Assembly: GCF_009914755.1 (NCBI RefSeq)
Contig: NC_060947.1
Source: the human T2T-CHM13v2.0 reference genome, Homo sapiens
Direction: 5' to 3' (one strand)
DNA length: 64,000 bases
Under the pieces are notes generated by a model. The model saw nothing but the letters and a program-made list of their open reading frames with translations, searched no databases and had not been told where the DNA came from. Of this stretch, positions 1 through 11,989 are shown piece after piece. How positions within the stretch are numbered: position 1 is the first letter of the stretch; the number at the start of each line of letters is the position of its first letter. The translations under genes were made by a program, and so were the position numbers.

Positions 1-372
1 AAAGCTCTTCCTGTTACTACTGGTTCTAAAACTCTCCCTCCGGGACATCACCTCCCCTGCAGCTGTTTAAGGCTCTGAGTTGGGTGCAGCAGGCAGAAGA
101 ATTGCCTCAAAGCCTTGTACTGGAGCTGGAATTAGTTTCCACATTTGCCTTGTTCCAGTTTTCACCCTCACACCACTTGCCATATGGCTTCTTAAGCCAC
201 CCAGCTTTAGATGTCATACCATCTGATTATATCGATTTCATTATTCTATAATCTTATGACATGAAATTTTATCACCCTCTTTTACTGGCACTCAAATTAG
301 TCCCTTTCATTTCTCAACATTGTACCTCCTGCTTAATTCTCATCATCTCCAATTATACTCCCCACCTAATTC

Positions 373-684
373 TTTTTTGTTTTCTTTTGAGCAGGGTCTA
401 GCCCTGTGGCCCAGGCTGGAGTGCAATGGTGCAATCATGGCTCACTGCAACCTGGAACTCCTGGGCTCAAGTGATCCTCAGGCCTCAGCCTCCTGAGTAG
501 CTGGGACTACAGGCATGTACCAGCATGCCCAGCTAATTATTTTATTTATTTATCTTATTTTTTTTGTACAGACTGGGTCTTCCTATGTTACTTAGTCCTA
601 TATCAAACTCCTGGCCTCAAGTGATCCTCCCACCTCAGCCTTCCAAAGTGCTGGTATTACAGGTGTGAACCACTTTGCCCAGGC
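373..684 (-). mobile_element. AluJ SINE
   Basis: Antisense Alu dimer with J-type motif ctcctgggctcaagtgatcctc; T-rich tail at left. Confidence 0.92.
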
Positions 685-689
685 TTCAT

Positions 690-1615
690 TTTTGATATTA
701 GCATACATACATATAATTTTTCAACACCTTCACCCTTCAGTTCTTGAAAATCTTACCTCCAATGACTTTTTTCTCTACTTCACCTAATTCCTTACATATT
801 ATAATTTCTAATAAGCACCACTCCTTTATAATCTTAATAATACAACATCCCCTTTCTAATAACTACAATCTTTGCAGCTCACCACTGCCAGTCTCCCATA
901 GCTTTTCAGAACATCATTGACCCCACCAGCATACCCCATCCACAGAGCCTAACAAAAGTTCACTGAAACACGCCTTCTTTTTTTCCTATTTCCCCACTGA
1001 AATCCCATGACCTAACATCATAATCACTCCAATGCCAGTTCCCCGAATCTCTTGCTTCTGTCTTGCTTTGTTTTGTACTAGGTTGCAACCACAATTCGGG
1101 TTAAATAAAACTCTACCTACACCCCATTGGCCTTCATCCATGTACACAAATAACCGTACCAACTGCTCAGATTTTATATTCCTGATTCAGGAGCTCCAAG
1201 TGGGGCTTCCGGGTGCTCCTGCTATACTTTCCCAGTCTATGAATCCTTCAACTCTTTCCGAGAGATGTTTTGCAGTTTCCTTTCCTGGAATCCCAACACT
1301 TACTCTGCTAATCAGGAGATTAAGTTCTCTTTCAAAGGAAGGGGTGACACACAAGCTTCCATGGGCTTCCACCTGCACATTCACCAAGCTACCAACAAGT
1401 CAACTTACCTGTTCTTCCCTGTGGTTTCTTAATGCGGATGAATGGTACATGTATTTCCTCTAAACACAATCCCTTCATCTGCACAATGGATTCTCTCTTC
1501 TCTTTTCTTTTCAAAAATACAGCTATTTGACTGGTGCCCTAATGAAACCTTTCCATCCACATGAGCACACAAAATTTGTCATATTTTCTATCTTTTAAAA
1601 CAATTATCTTGATTC
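690..1615 (+). mobile_element. Degraded L2 LINE fragment
   Basis: CT-rich L2-like text; appears to resume at about 2330-2870 after the MLT1A insertion. Confidence 0.5.
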
Positions 1616-1616
1616 T

Positions 1617-2326
1617 TGCTATGGTAAGAATTTTTGTGTCCTCTGAAATGTATATGTTGAAATCCTAACCCTCATTGCAATGTGTATTAGTCTGTTCTCA
1701 CACTGCTAATAAAGACATACCTGAGACTGGGTAATTTATAAAGGAAAAGGGTTTAATGGACTCAGAGTTCCACATGGCTGGGAAGGCCTCACAATCATGG
1801 AAGAGGCGAATGAGGAGCAAAATCGTGTCTTACATGGTGGCAGGCAAGAGGGCTTGTGCAAGGGAACTTCCATTTATAAAACCATCAGGTCTCATGACAC
1901 GTATTTACTACCATGAGAATAGTATTGGAGAAACTGCCCCAAGAATTCAATTATCACTACCTGGCCCCACCCTTGGCACATGCGGATGATTGCAATTCAT
2001 GGTGAGATTTGGGTGGAGACATAGCCAAAGCATGTCTCAATGGTAGGTGGAGGTGGGGACTTCAGGAGGTGATGAGGTCATGAGGGTGAAGCCTCATGAA
2101 TGGGATGAGCACCCTTATAAAAGGGACTCCACTGAGCTCTCTTGCCCCTTCCACCATGTGAGGACACAGCACGAAGGTGCAGGAAGCAGGTCGTCAACAG
2201 TCACTGAAACTGCCATGACTTCATCTTGGATTTCTCAGACCCCAGAACTGTAAGAAATAAATTTCTATTGTTTATACATTACCAATCTAAGATATTTTGT
2301 TAAAGCAGCCAGAAGGGGCTGAGACA
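1617..2326 (+). mobile_element. MLT1A-type MaLR solo LTR, split by THE1
   Basis: Starts tgctatgg...tgttgaaatcctaacc, resumes at 2043 (gaggtcatgagggtgaagcctcatgaatggg), ends gagaca. Confidence 0.88.
1683..2037 (-). mobile_element. THE1 (THE1D-like) MaLR solo LTR
   Basis: tgtattagtctgttctcacactgctaataaagacatacc terminus; 5-bp TSD CAATG at 1678-1682 and 2038-2042. Confidence 0.92.
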
Positions 2327-2875
2327 ATCTCATTTTTTCAATCAGGTAATGCCACCACCACTCCTGTTCCCCCCACCGCCTTTTTTTTTTGCTCCTATGT
2401 CAGCAAAATTCCTCCATAATAGCTCTGTCTCCTTACCATACCTCCATTTTTTCCACCTGCCCATTCTCTTTCAATAATACTCCACTCAAGGTTTTGGTAC
2501 AACTGTTTCTGGGAAGTTATTTATGTAAAGGTTACTGATAACTTCACAGCGCTGAATCCTATTTTCAATGCTCAGTCTCTGTCTTGAAACAGCTCGTCAC
2601 TTTCGTGTACTGGTCTTTAGGACAACACACTGCCTTGTGTGTGTGTGTGTTTTTTCCCTACTATACTGGTTGCTCATTCTCAGTCTGCCATTTCCTTTGC
2701 TTTTCCCTGACATCTTGATATTGTCAAATTCTGACTCAGCCTTTTACTGACATTCACTCCTTTCATACAGTGGCATGCCATTGAATGTCATCCATATATC
2801 ACAGAGACTCATTTTTCATCCCTCTGTTAAAAACTTCTCTTCCAGAGCCCAGTCTCACATGACTAATAAATAGTA

Positions 2876-3322
2876 CAGCTGGCCCTTGAAAAGCACGGAT
2901 TTGAACCACACAAGTCCACTCATGCATGGATTTTCTTCCACTTCTGCCATCCCTGACACATCAAGACCAAACTCTTCTCCTCCTTCTCCTTGTCCTCATC
3001 CTCCTCAGCCTACTCAACGTGAAGGCAATGAGGATGAAGACCTTTATGATGATCCACTTCCACTTAAGAATTGTAAATATATTTTCTCTTTCTCATGATT
3101 TTCTTAGTACCATTTCCTTTTCTCTAGCTTACTTTATTATAAGAATACAGCATATCACGTGCAAAATATGTGTTGATCGACTGTTTATGTTATCAGCAAG
3201 GCTTCTGGCCAACAGTAGGCTATTAGGAGGAGAGTTTTGGGGGAGTCAAAAGTAAAATGTGGATTGTTGAGTGTGGATGGGGATCAGTGCCCCCAACCCT
3301 CATGTTTTTCAAGGGTCAAATT
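2876..3322 (+). mobile_element. Tigger2a-type DNA transposon
   Basis: cagctggcccttgaa terminal repeat, cctcagcctactcaacgtgaag...gacctttatgatgatccacttcc core, tcaagggtcaa end. Confidence 0.88.
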
Positions 3323-3339
3323 TACTTAAAACAATTAAA

Positions 3340-4270
3340 TTTGCTTAGCACTGTTTTTCATGACCTCTAAAAAACTTGCCAGGTGTCTCATTAAAATTTT
3401 CTTATTTTTCAGTTAAAATATTTTCTAATTTTCATGTTTATTTTTCCTTGGTAGTAACTACTTAGAACTTTCTTTCTTAATTTCAAACATTTTAGAATTT
3501 TTGTAGTGGTGAGTCTCTGTGTTCAGAGAAGAAAAATCTGTGTGATTTTCTTCCTTTGAAAGTTATTGAAATTTGCTTTATGGCCCAGGATGTAGTCTGT
3601 TTGGTGGTCAGAACCCCAAAAACCTGAAACAGGTCTCAGTTAATTTAGAAAGTTTATTTTGCCAAGGTTGAGGATGTGTGCCTGTGACACAGCCTCAGGA
3701 GGTCCTCACAACATGTGCCCAAGGTGGTCAGAGCACAGTTTGGTTTTACACACTTTGGGGAGACATGAGACATCAATCAACATATGTAAGATGAACATTG
3801 GTTCAGCCAGGAAAGGTGGGACAACTCGAAGTGGGAAGACGGCACCCAGTTCATAGGTAGATAAGAGACAAATGGTTGCTTTCTTTTGAGTTTCTGATTA
3901 GCTTCTCCAAAGGAGACAATAAGATACGCATTTATCTCAGTGAGCACAGGGGTGACTTTGAATAGAATGGGAGACAGGTTGGCCCTAAGCAGTTCCCAGC
4001 TGGACTTTTCCCTTTAGCTTAGTGATTTGGGGGTTCCAATATATTTTCCTTTCATAGTGAATATTCTACATGTTCTAAAGAATGTGTATTTTACATTGTG
4101 GATATAAGGTTTTGTAGATTACAAGACTAGTTGATCAATAATGTTTTCCAATTTTAGATATTTACAATCTTCTACTGATTTTGTGTCTAGTTATTTTATC
4201 GGTTCCCTAGAGAAGTTTGTCAAATCTCTTATTATGTCATAGGTTTCTCTAGTTTCTTACTTGAGTTTCT
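3340..4270 (-). mobile_element. Old L1M fragment interrupted by MER4A
   Basis: Antisense L1 ORF2-like text (ttatggcccagga...ttggtg / gtgaatattctacatg...aagaatgtgtatt) on both sides of the LTR. Confidence 0.6.
3606..4056 (-). mobile_element. MER4A-type ERV1 solo LTR
   Basis: ttagaaagtttattttgccaaggttgagg...gatttgggggttcc...ttttcctttca, the reverse of the MER4A start. Confidence 0.88.
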
Positions 4271-5184
4271 GCAGCTGAATTTCCAAATGGCACTTGTTAA
4301 CTCAGAATTTGAGTAACTTTTGCTGTTGATTAATAGCATTTCTGCTGATTCTGATCCTTTGAAAGGACTGCAGTTGGATGTAAAATCAAAGGAAGCAATT
4401 TGGTCAGGGGAATAGGCAAAGAAGAAACGGTGCTTTGAGGAAATGGCGTCCCCTTTAACATGTGCTAGAATTTGAAAGGTTTCCATGCAAGAGGGAAGAA
4501 GAGAGTTGTCCCCCAGCAAGTCTGCCATCTGTCACTCTAGGAATGTGTCCAGATGACTTCAGACTCTGGGAAATCAGCTGAATATTATTATCTGCCTTCT
4601 ACAACTGATGTGCTGATCAATGATGAAATGAGCATAAATAGCTGGCACCAAGTGTGGTATAGTCTACACATCCAATATACCTTAGCTGCAGTTATTTTCA
4701 TAGTGAGACTGTGCTGCCTGTGCTTTATCCAATTCTGTAAACTTGCCAGCAATTTCCTGTGATTTTGCTGAAAATGTTTGACCATTTCACTAGGTCTTCC
4801 TTGAAATCCATTTCATCAATAGCTTTTGTGGATGTAGACTCTCATCCACAATTTCTTTCTACTATATTTCTATGCAATCAGTTTCTCCCATCTTTGATAC
4901 TTGTTATTCCTCCAGCTAAGACAGTTTGAATAGAATACTCCTCTTTCTTCGAATTCTCATTCTGATCAGAACTCGTTTATTCACATGGCTTCAAATTAGG
5001 TATACAGTTCTCAAAACCCAATCTTCTTTATGTTCACTTTTGCACTGCTATCATGTTAAGCACTACCATTCATAAAGCTCTTGTCAAATAATTATATGCT
5101 TTTACTGTAACGACTTGCAATATTACCACTGTTATTATTATATTGTGTGTCCATGCATCTTTAATAATGTTTAAACTCTTGAGA

Positions 5185-5520
5185 GAATCCTAGCACAGCA
5201 CAATGGCCCGTTAGATGGTGATTTTATTGGAAACACTTTGGAGAATCTCATGTTTATATGAGTATATATACATGGGTATACCATCTAAGATTGTGTAAGT
5301 ACACTCTAGGATTTCACACAAGGACTAAATAGTATATGATGTAAATAGTATATGATATGAATCCTAGCACAGCACAATGGCCAGTTAGATGGTGATTTTA
5401 TTGGAAACACTTTGGAGAATCTCATGTTTATATGAGTATATATACACGGATGTACCATCTAAGATTGTGTAAGTACACTCTAGGATGTTTGCACAAGGAC
5501 TAAATGGTATATGATGTAAA
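5185..5520. repeat. Two-copy tandem duplication, period 174 bp
   Basis: gaatcctagcacagcacaatggcc... starts at 5185 and again at 5359; copies nearly identical. Confidence 0.95.
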
Positions 5521-6185
5521 AATAGATTCTATAAATATAATATATAATATATAGATACAATATATACATTTCTAATATATAAATGGAAATATATAATATA
5601 TAATATAAATATTACGTATTTTATATGTGTATGTATTTCTATTTACATACTACATTAAACATATATGTATATTTATATACTATGTACATTTTATATATGA
5701 TAAATATAGAATACACAAATATATAATACATAAATACATAAATATTTACATGCATTCTATGTAATAAATAACTATTAAATATCAATAAAATATAACTTAT
5801 ATATAAAACATATAATATTTATATTATATATCATATATGTACATTCTGATTTATATATTACATTAAAAATATATAACAAATATATTTATATATGAAAGTT
5901 TTATATCTAATAAATATAAACAAATATATAATACATATATTTATATATTATATATTATATAATATTATTTATATGTATATATATTACATTCTCTCATAGG
6001 AGGGAGTATCAAGAACAATCTGTCATATATACACACACACATATATTCATATATACACACATACACGCAGATATATACAAACACATATATACATATATAC
6101 ACATACACGCATCGATATATACACACATGTATACATATATACACACATACACACATAGATATTTATACACACACACACACACACG
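5520..6185. repeat. TA-rich low-complexity tract followed by (CATATA)n/(CA)n
   Basis: Direct composition. Confidence 0.92.
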
Positions 6186-6229
6186 CTTGCATAGATAGAC
6201 CTACTCTGAATCTACCACTGCCTCATTAG

Positions 6230-6602
6230 TTATGGGGAAAAGAGGAGCTTATGGTTACACTCCGGCAAATAGGTTACAAACCTTGTTTTCCTGTGATAAC
6301 GCTCGAGAAAGACGAGCCTGGCACAGAGATACAGAGAACGGGAGGGTTGTTGCTACTGTTTATAGGATGTCACACACAGCCACTGGGATAATGTAAAACT
6401 CGAGGTCTGCCACCTAATAAAGGCCATGTTTTTATTAATGTTCTCTAAGCTGGGACTAATGATGGCCCATGATAGAAGATTGATCATATATGCAGAGAAG
6501 CATGTTGGATCCCATGTGCAAAGGGATGCTGACTCCTGTGAGAGAGACCCAGAGAAAAGCTGCCTTGGTTTGTGAAGGTTGCCGGATCCCATTTCAGTTA
6601 CA
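6230..6602 (+). mobile_element. Possible ancient LTR fragment, family unassigned
   Basis: Internal aataaa near 6416 and an LTR-like ...cagttaca end; weak. Confidence 0.25.
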
Positions 6603-6642
6603 TTGTTGTTTCTATATGTCTACGCCTATGTGTATGTATATA

Positions 6643-7223
6643 CAGTCATGTGTTACATAATGACAAGAATAATTCTGAGAGCTGTGTCCTTGGGTGATTT
6701 AGTTCTCGTGCGAACATCCTAGAGTGTACTTATGCAGTCTTAGATGGTACAGCCTACTACACACTTAGGCTATATGGTAGAGCCTATTGCTCCTAGGCCA
6801 CAAACCTGTACAGCACAATACCATACTAAACACCACAGACAACTGCAACACAGTGGCAAGTACTTGTTCATCTAAACACTGAAAAGGTACAGTAAGAATG
6901 CAGCATCAAAGATATAAAATGGTAGCCCTGTATAGGGCAGTTACTGTGAATGGAGCTTGCAAGGCTGGAGGTTGCTCTGGGTGAGTCCATGAGTGGGTGA
7001 TTAGTGGGTATGAAGGCCTAGGGCGTTACTGCACACTTTTATTTAACTGACAACATAGTAGGTTTGTTTACGCCAGCATGGCCACAATCACATGAGTAAT
7101 GCATTTGCACTACAACTCTAGGAAGGCTAGGACAGCACTTTATAATAGGAATTTTTTAGGTCCATTATAATCTTGTGGAACTGTCATCATATATGCAATC
7201 TGTCATTATGCAGCATATGACTG
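6643..7223 (-). mobile_element. Tigger3 (MER7/Tigger3c-like) DNA transposon
   Basis: cagtcatg...tatgactg terminal inverted repeats flanked by TA; gagtgtactta...cagcctactacacac core. Confidence 0.9.
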
Positions 7224-7272
7224 TACGTACACGTGTGTATGTGAATATACCTATACCTCCATGTATATATGT

Positions 7273-7745
7273 TGTATGAGTTTCCCGTGTCTGCCATTAA
7301 AATGACCACAAACTGGGTGGCTTAAAACAAGAAGAATTTCTGGCCGGGTGCAGTGGCTCACATCTGTAATGCCAGCTACTCAGGAGGCTGAGGCAGGAGA
7401 ATTGCTTGAACCCAGGAGGCAGAGGTTGGAGTGAACCAACATTGCGCCACTGCACTCCAACCTGGGTGATAGAGTAAGACTCTGTCTCAAAAAAAAAAAA
7501 AAAAGAAGAATTTCTAAAACAATGGAAATGTGGTGGGCTCCTGGTGGCTCTAGGTGTCCCTTGGCTTGTGGCCATATCATTCCAACCCCAGTTTCCATCT
7601 TCACATCTTCTTCTTCCATGCGTCTCTTTATCCAATTCTTCCTCTCCTTCTCTTACAAAGACACCAGCCATCAGATTTAAGGTCTGCCCTAATCCAGTAT
7701 GACTTCATCTTATGTCAATTATACCTGCAAGAATTATACAGCTAT
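7273..7745 (-). mobile_element. MLT1C-type MaLR LTR split by an Alu monomer
   Basis: accacaaactgggtggcttaaaacaa and ccttggcttgtggcc...ccctaatccagtatgacttcatctt motifs. Confidence 0.8.
7342..7502 (+). mobile_element. AluS-derived single-arm Alu with poly-A and TSD
   Basis: Left-arm start joined to right arm; TSD aagaagaatttct at 7329-7341 and 7503-7515. Confidence 0.9.
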
Positions 7746-8108
7746 AGATTCATATGCATCCCACATGTTATGAATTAACTACTAACATAGGTTTGAAGAA
7801 ACAAAATAATTCTAGACATAAAGCAGCAGTCATTTATAGCAATAAAAATATAAGTATAGAAGAGAGAATGCAGAGAGGCTGGAAGAAGAAATGACTCTCC
7901 AAGAGAATGCACTCATGGCGGTAAGGGGCTGCCAATCTATTCCCCACCACTGTGGGAATCTCCAACAGAGCTGAACCTGTTAAGCCAGAGAAGCTTAAGG
8001 TTTTACCATTGCTTAGCTTCCATAATAATTTATGTCTAACTAATGTTCATTTAGGCAGAGACACTTTAAAATACTAAACTCAGCATTTATAAACTTTTTA
8101 TATAAGTT

Positions 8109-8505
8109 GTGTGAGGCTATAAACACACCCAGGTTCAGCTGCTCACCACTTGAAAGCAAAAACTTGAGAGATGAGGCTTCATGGGAGGAAAAACAGGTTT
8201 ATTCGGAGAGCTAGCAAACCAAGAAGATGGTGGACTAGCATCCTAAAGTACCTTCTTACGTCAGTACAAATTTCAGGCTCTTTCTGTGTTAAGGGCGGGG
8301 GAAGAGACATGTGTTAAGGTTGGGATCAAGACATGACCCCAGACATGTGTTCACCAGCAAGGGTTCCAGGAAATTGAGAACTTTGTTGTCCTTGGTCAGT
8401 TCATTCCAATGCTCCTATAAATCTCTAACAAAACATATTTCGTTGTCTACATACTTCTCCTTTAATCCCAGAGTTAGTTTTACAAACTACATGATTGTTG
8501 CTTTT
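8109..8505 (-). mobile_element. ERV1-type LTR fragment, family uncertain
   Basis: ggtttattcggagagctagcaaaccaagaagatggtggactagc, with an antisense polyA signal; resembles MER66/MER73-group LTRs. Confidence 0.5.
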
Positions 8506-8506
8506 G

Positions 8507-8634
8507 AGCCAGGCCTGGTGGCTCATGCCTGTAATCCCGGCACTTTGGGAGGCCAAGCTGGGTGGATCACTTGAGGTCAGGAGTTCAGCCTCCCAAAGTG
8601 CTGGGATTACAGGCATGAGCCACTGCACTCAGCC
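8507..8634. mobile_element. Fused inverted Alu 5' fragments
   Basis: Plus-strand Alu start (8507-8586) joined directly to a minus-strand Alu start (8587-8634). Confidence 0.9.
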
Positions 8635-8933
8635 TTTTTCTTATTTATTTTTGAGACAGGGTCTCACTCTGTCACCCAGTCTGGAGTGCAGTGGTGGAAT
8701 CATAGCTCACTGCAGCCTCAAACTCCCAGGCTCAAGTGATCCTCTCATCTCAGCCTCCCAGGTAGATTGAACCACAGGTGCACAGCACCACACCTGGCTA
8801 ATTTTTTTTATTATTTGTACATACGGGGTCTTGCTCTATTGCCCAGGCTGGTCTCCAATTCCTGGGCTGAAGTGATCCCCCCATCTCAGCCTCCCAAAGT
8901 GCTAGGATTATGGGTGTAGGCCACTGTGCCAGC
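8635..8933 (-). mobile_element. AluJ SINE
   Basis: Antisense dimer with gctcactgcagcctcaaactcccaggctcaagtgatcc. Confidence 0.92.
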
Positions 8934-8939
8934 TTCTTG

Positions 8940-9080
8940 TTTTATTTCTGTAGCTCCAGGGAGTACATGTGCAGGCTTGCTACATGCATATATTGCATGG
9001 TGGTGGGGTTTGGGCTTCTAGAGTGTCCATCAGCTGAATAGTGAATATTGTACCCAAAGGTAACTTTTCAACCCTCACCT
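8940..9080 (-). mobile_element. L1 (L1PB/L1MA-type) 3' end fragment
   Basis: gtacatgtgcaggcttgctacatg...aatagtgaatattgtaccc. Confidence 0.75.
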
Positions 9081-9106
9081 TCTGGTGATCATTTTTATTT
9101 GCCTGC

Positions 9107-9511
9107 TGTATGAGTCCGTTCTTGCACTTCTATAAAGAAATGCCCGAGGCTGGGTGATTTATAAAGAAAAGAGGTTTAATTGGCTCATGATTCTACAGGC
9201 TGTACAGGAAGCATGATGGCTTACGGGGAGGCCCCAGGAACTTTCAATCATGTCGGAAGGAGGAGGAGAACGAGGCATGTCTTACATGGCCAGAGAAGGA
9301 GGAAGAGGAGAGGTGGGAGGTGCTACACACTTTTAAACAACCAGACATCGCGAAAACTCACTCACAGCAAGAGCACAAGGGGGAAGTGCTAAACTATATT
9401 AGTGAGCAACCGCCCCCATGATCCAATCACCTCCCACCAGGTCCCACCTCCAACATAGGGGATTACAATTTAACATGAGATTTGGGCAGAAACACAGATC
9501 CAAACCATACA
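9107..9511 (-). mobile_element. MSTA-type MaLR solo LTR
   Basis: ataaagaaaagaggtttaattggctca...caggctgtacaggaagcatg...cagatccaaaccatac. Confidence 0.9.
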
Positions 9512-9979
9512 CTACCCACCTCCCGAGGCTTACACTTCATCTTTTAAAGCATTGATAACCTACTTGCGTTGATAGCTTTGTTGACCTCTTAGTTACCCAG
9601 GAGAATGTCTGAGGACGCTGTATACATAAGATTCTGTAGCCAGACTGAATGAGTTATTTAGTAAGACCACATTGCTCTATGTGTCATTTATAATATTGTG
9701 TAGCAAACCTTGTAGACAGAGAAATCTTATTATTTTAAATAATGGAACTGTGACCTCCTTAGAGGAACTCTCAGGCCTGAGGGTTGCTGTTTCTCCACTG
9801 TGTGTTGCAAAGCCAATTACAATTACATGGGAAGCAAGAAAGCCTTCAGAAATTTGTAATTAAAGGCAAATCAAAAATCACTAAAATTCAAAATTCTGAC
9901 CTTGTCTGCACCTAAGAAAATAACAAATATACACACACATACACACACATGACAAAAGTAACTGACCCATTCAGAATCA

Positions 9980-11050
9980 GTGTTAGATTTAAATATATCT
10001 TTCTCAGAAACAGTTTGATAAGAAGAAAGTAACTTAGAAAATATGTGTATACAAACTAGAATAAATAGTTGCACTGAAGGACTTTGATATAACATTTCAT
10101 ACAGGAACAATTACAAATATATTACACTAACAATAAATCCTAACACATACAACAAAAATAATACTGTTATTATTATTGTCTGGCAACACTGTAGTAAAAT
10201 TAGAAATTGATAACAAAAGTCAATAAAAAGCACATCATATAGTTGGATGGTAATAATGCTCACCCGCTTCTAAATAATTCAGGAGTCCAAAAGAAAAAAA
10301 CAGATTTTTTCAGACTGGAAAGACGTTGACACAGTAATCCCTGTGATATATGACAAAAGCAGAATGTTAAGTGTAAAAGATGAAAATAATTTAAAATTAG
10401 GAAAAAAACATATAAAAAACAAACATAATAAAAAGAAAACAAATGGAAAATTAAGTAACTGTGTTGTGTGCAATGGACTGGTGGAGAAAATCAATATAGC
10501 AAATAAAATGTAAAACACTAGCTAATGAAACAGAGTAATAGTATAAGAAAACATTGGCAAGACTTCCCTACTAAGAAAGAAGCATAAACAAACATTAGTA
10601 TGCATGAAAAATGAGACACTAGCTTAGACAGAGATTTAAGAAAATCATGACAGAATATAATGAATAATTTTTATCACATAGACGGTGTCCTTGAAACAGT
10701 AAAACACCCCAACACAGGTAAGAAGACATTTAAATCCTCAAACTTTATTCATTAATGATTCTCAATAATTCACTAAAATGCGTGACATTATCTGGGGTTT
10801 TGGTAGTACATGTAGCTGAAACGAGTCGGTCCTCAGTTGATAATTATTTAAGGTAAGTACTTGGCAGTTCATTACACTAGTGTCTCCACTTTGGAAAAAT
10901 GCTTAAAAAATCCCCCCTCCTTTTGTTTTAAAACTCATGTTCCCAAAAGAATACCAGATCTGGATTATTTTGCAAGACTATTCTATCAAACTGAACTGAC
11001 AGGGGAGTTTCTTTTAATTTATAAGTGGTCACTTTTAAAGATTCTGTGAG
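9980..11050 (+). mobile_element. Highly degraded L1M ORF2 region
   Basis: A-rich sense L1-like text (aaaattagaaattgataacaaaag; agaatataatgaataattttta). Confidence 0.5.
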
Positions 11051-11056
11051 AATCAG

Positions 11057-11357
11057 GGCTGGGTGCAGTGGCTCAGCCCTGTCACCCTAGCACTTTGGGA
11101 GGCCAAGTAGGGGGCAGATCACTTGAGGTCAAGAGTTGGAGACCAGCTTGGCCAACATGGTGAAACCCTGTCTCTACTAAAAATACAACAATTAGCCAGG
11201 CATGGTGGCGCACGCCTGTAATCTCAGCTACTCAGGAGGCTGAGGCAGGAGAATCACTTGAACTCGGGAGGTGGGGGTTGCAGTGAGCCGAGGTCGTGCC
11301 ACTGCACTCCAGCCTGGGCGACAGAGTGGGACTCTGTCTCAAAAAAAAAAAAAAAAA
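11057..11357 (+). mobile_element. AluS (Sz/Sx-like)
   Basis: Full dimer with poly-A; TSD ttctgtgagaatca on both sides. Confidence 0.95.
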
Positions 11358-11501
11358 GTTTCTGTGAGAATCAAAGGCTTTCAGAGAAAGATAAGAATTC
11401 CACAATCCCTGCACCTATTCAAAACTATATTTGAGGAACTATCCCCTGCAAAATGACAAGAAAATACCAGAAATACCTGAATGTTTTTTTAAAAGTATCA
11501 G

Positions 11502-11790
11502 GGCCAGGTGTGGTGGCTCAGGCTGTATTGTCAGCACTTTGGGAGGCCAAGGAGGACAGATCGCTTGCATCCAGGAGTTTGAGTTGAGCCTGGGCAACAT
11601 GGTGAAACCCCATCTCTACAAAACATACAAAAATTAGCTGGGTATGGTGGCACATGCCTGTGGTCCAGCTACTCAGGACACTGAGGCAGGAGGATTTCTT
11701 GAGCTTGGGAGGCAGAGGTTGCAGTGAGCTGAGATGGCGCCCCTGCGCTCCAGCCCGGGTGACAGAGCAAGACTCTGTCTCAAAAAAAAA
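11502..11790 (+). mobile_element. AluJb-like SINE
   Basis: Full dimer, cctgggcaacatgg, poly-A, aaaagtat flanks. Confidence 0.9.
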
Positions 11791-11989
11791 GTATAAAAAT
11801 GATACACATTATAATAAGCAGGCATGAGAATCTATAAAACATTAATATTAATGTGACTACTCAGTAATTAGCCAGCATCAGTATCTTTCTTCTATACTAG
11901 GAACAACCAATTAAATAATCCAATTTACATTTATTATTTAAACTAATAATGAAAATATAAAGTTACCGGAGAGAAGGATCATGCATTTT

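Noticed and set aside
1032-1463. 143-aa ORF
   Set aside because: Lies in L2-like sequence; no recognisable domain
4232-4785. Cluster of short ORFs as a possible pseudogene
   Set aside because: No recognisable protein similarity, poly-A or TSD
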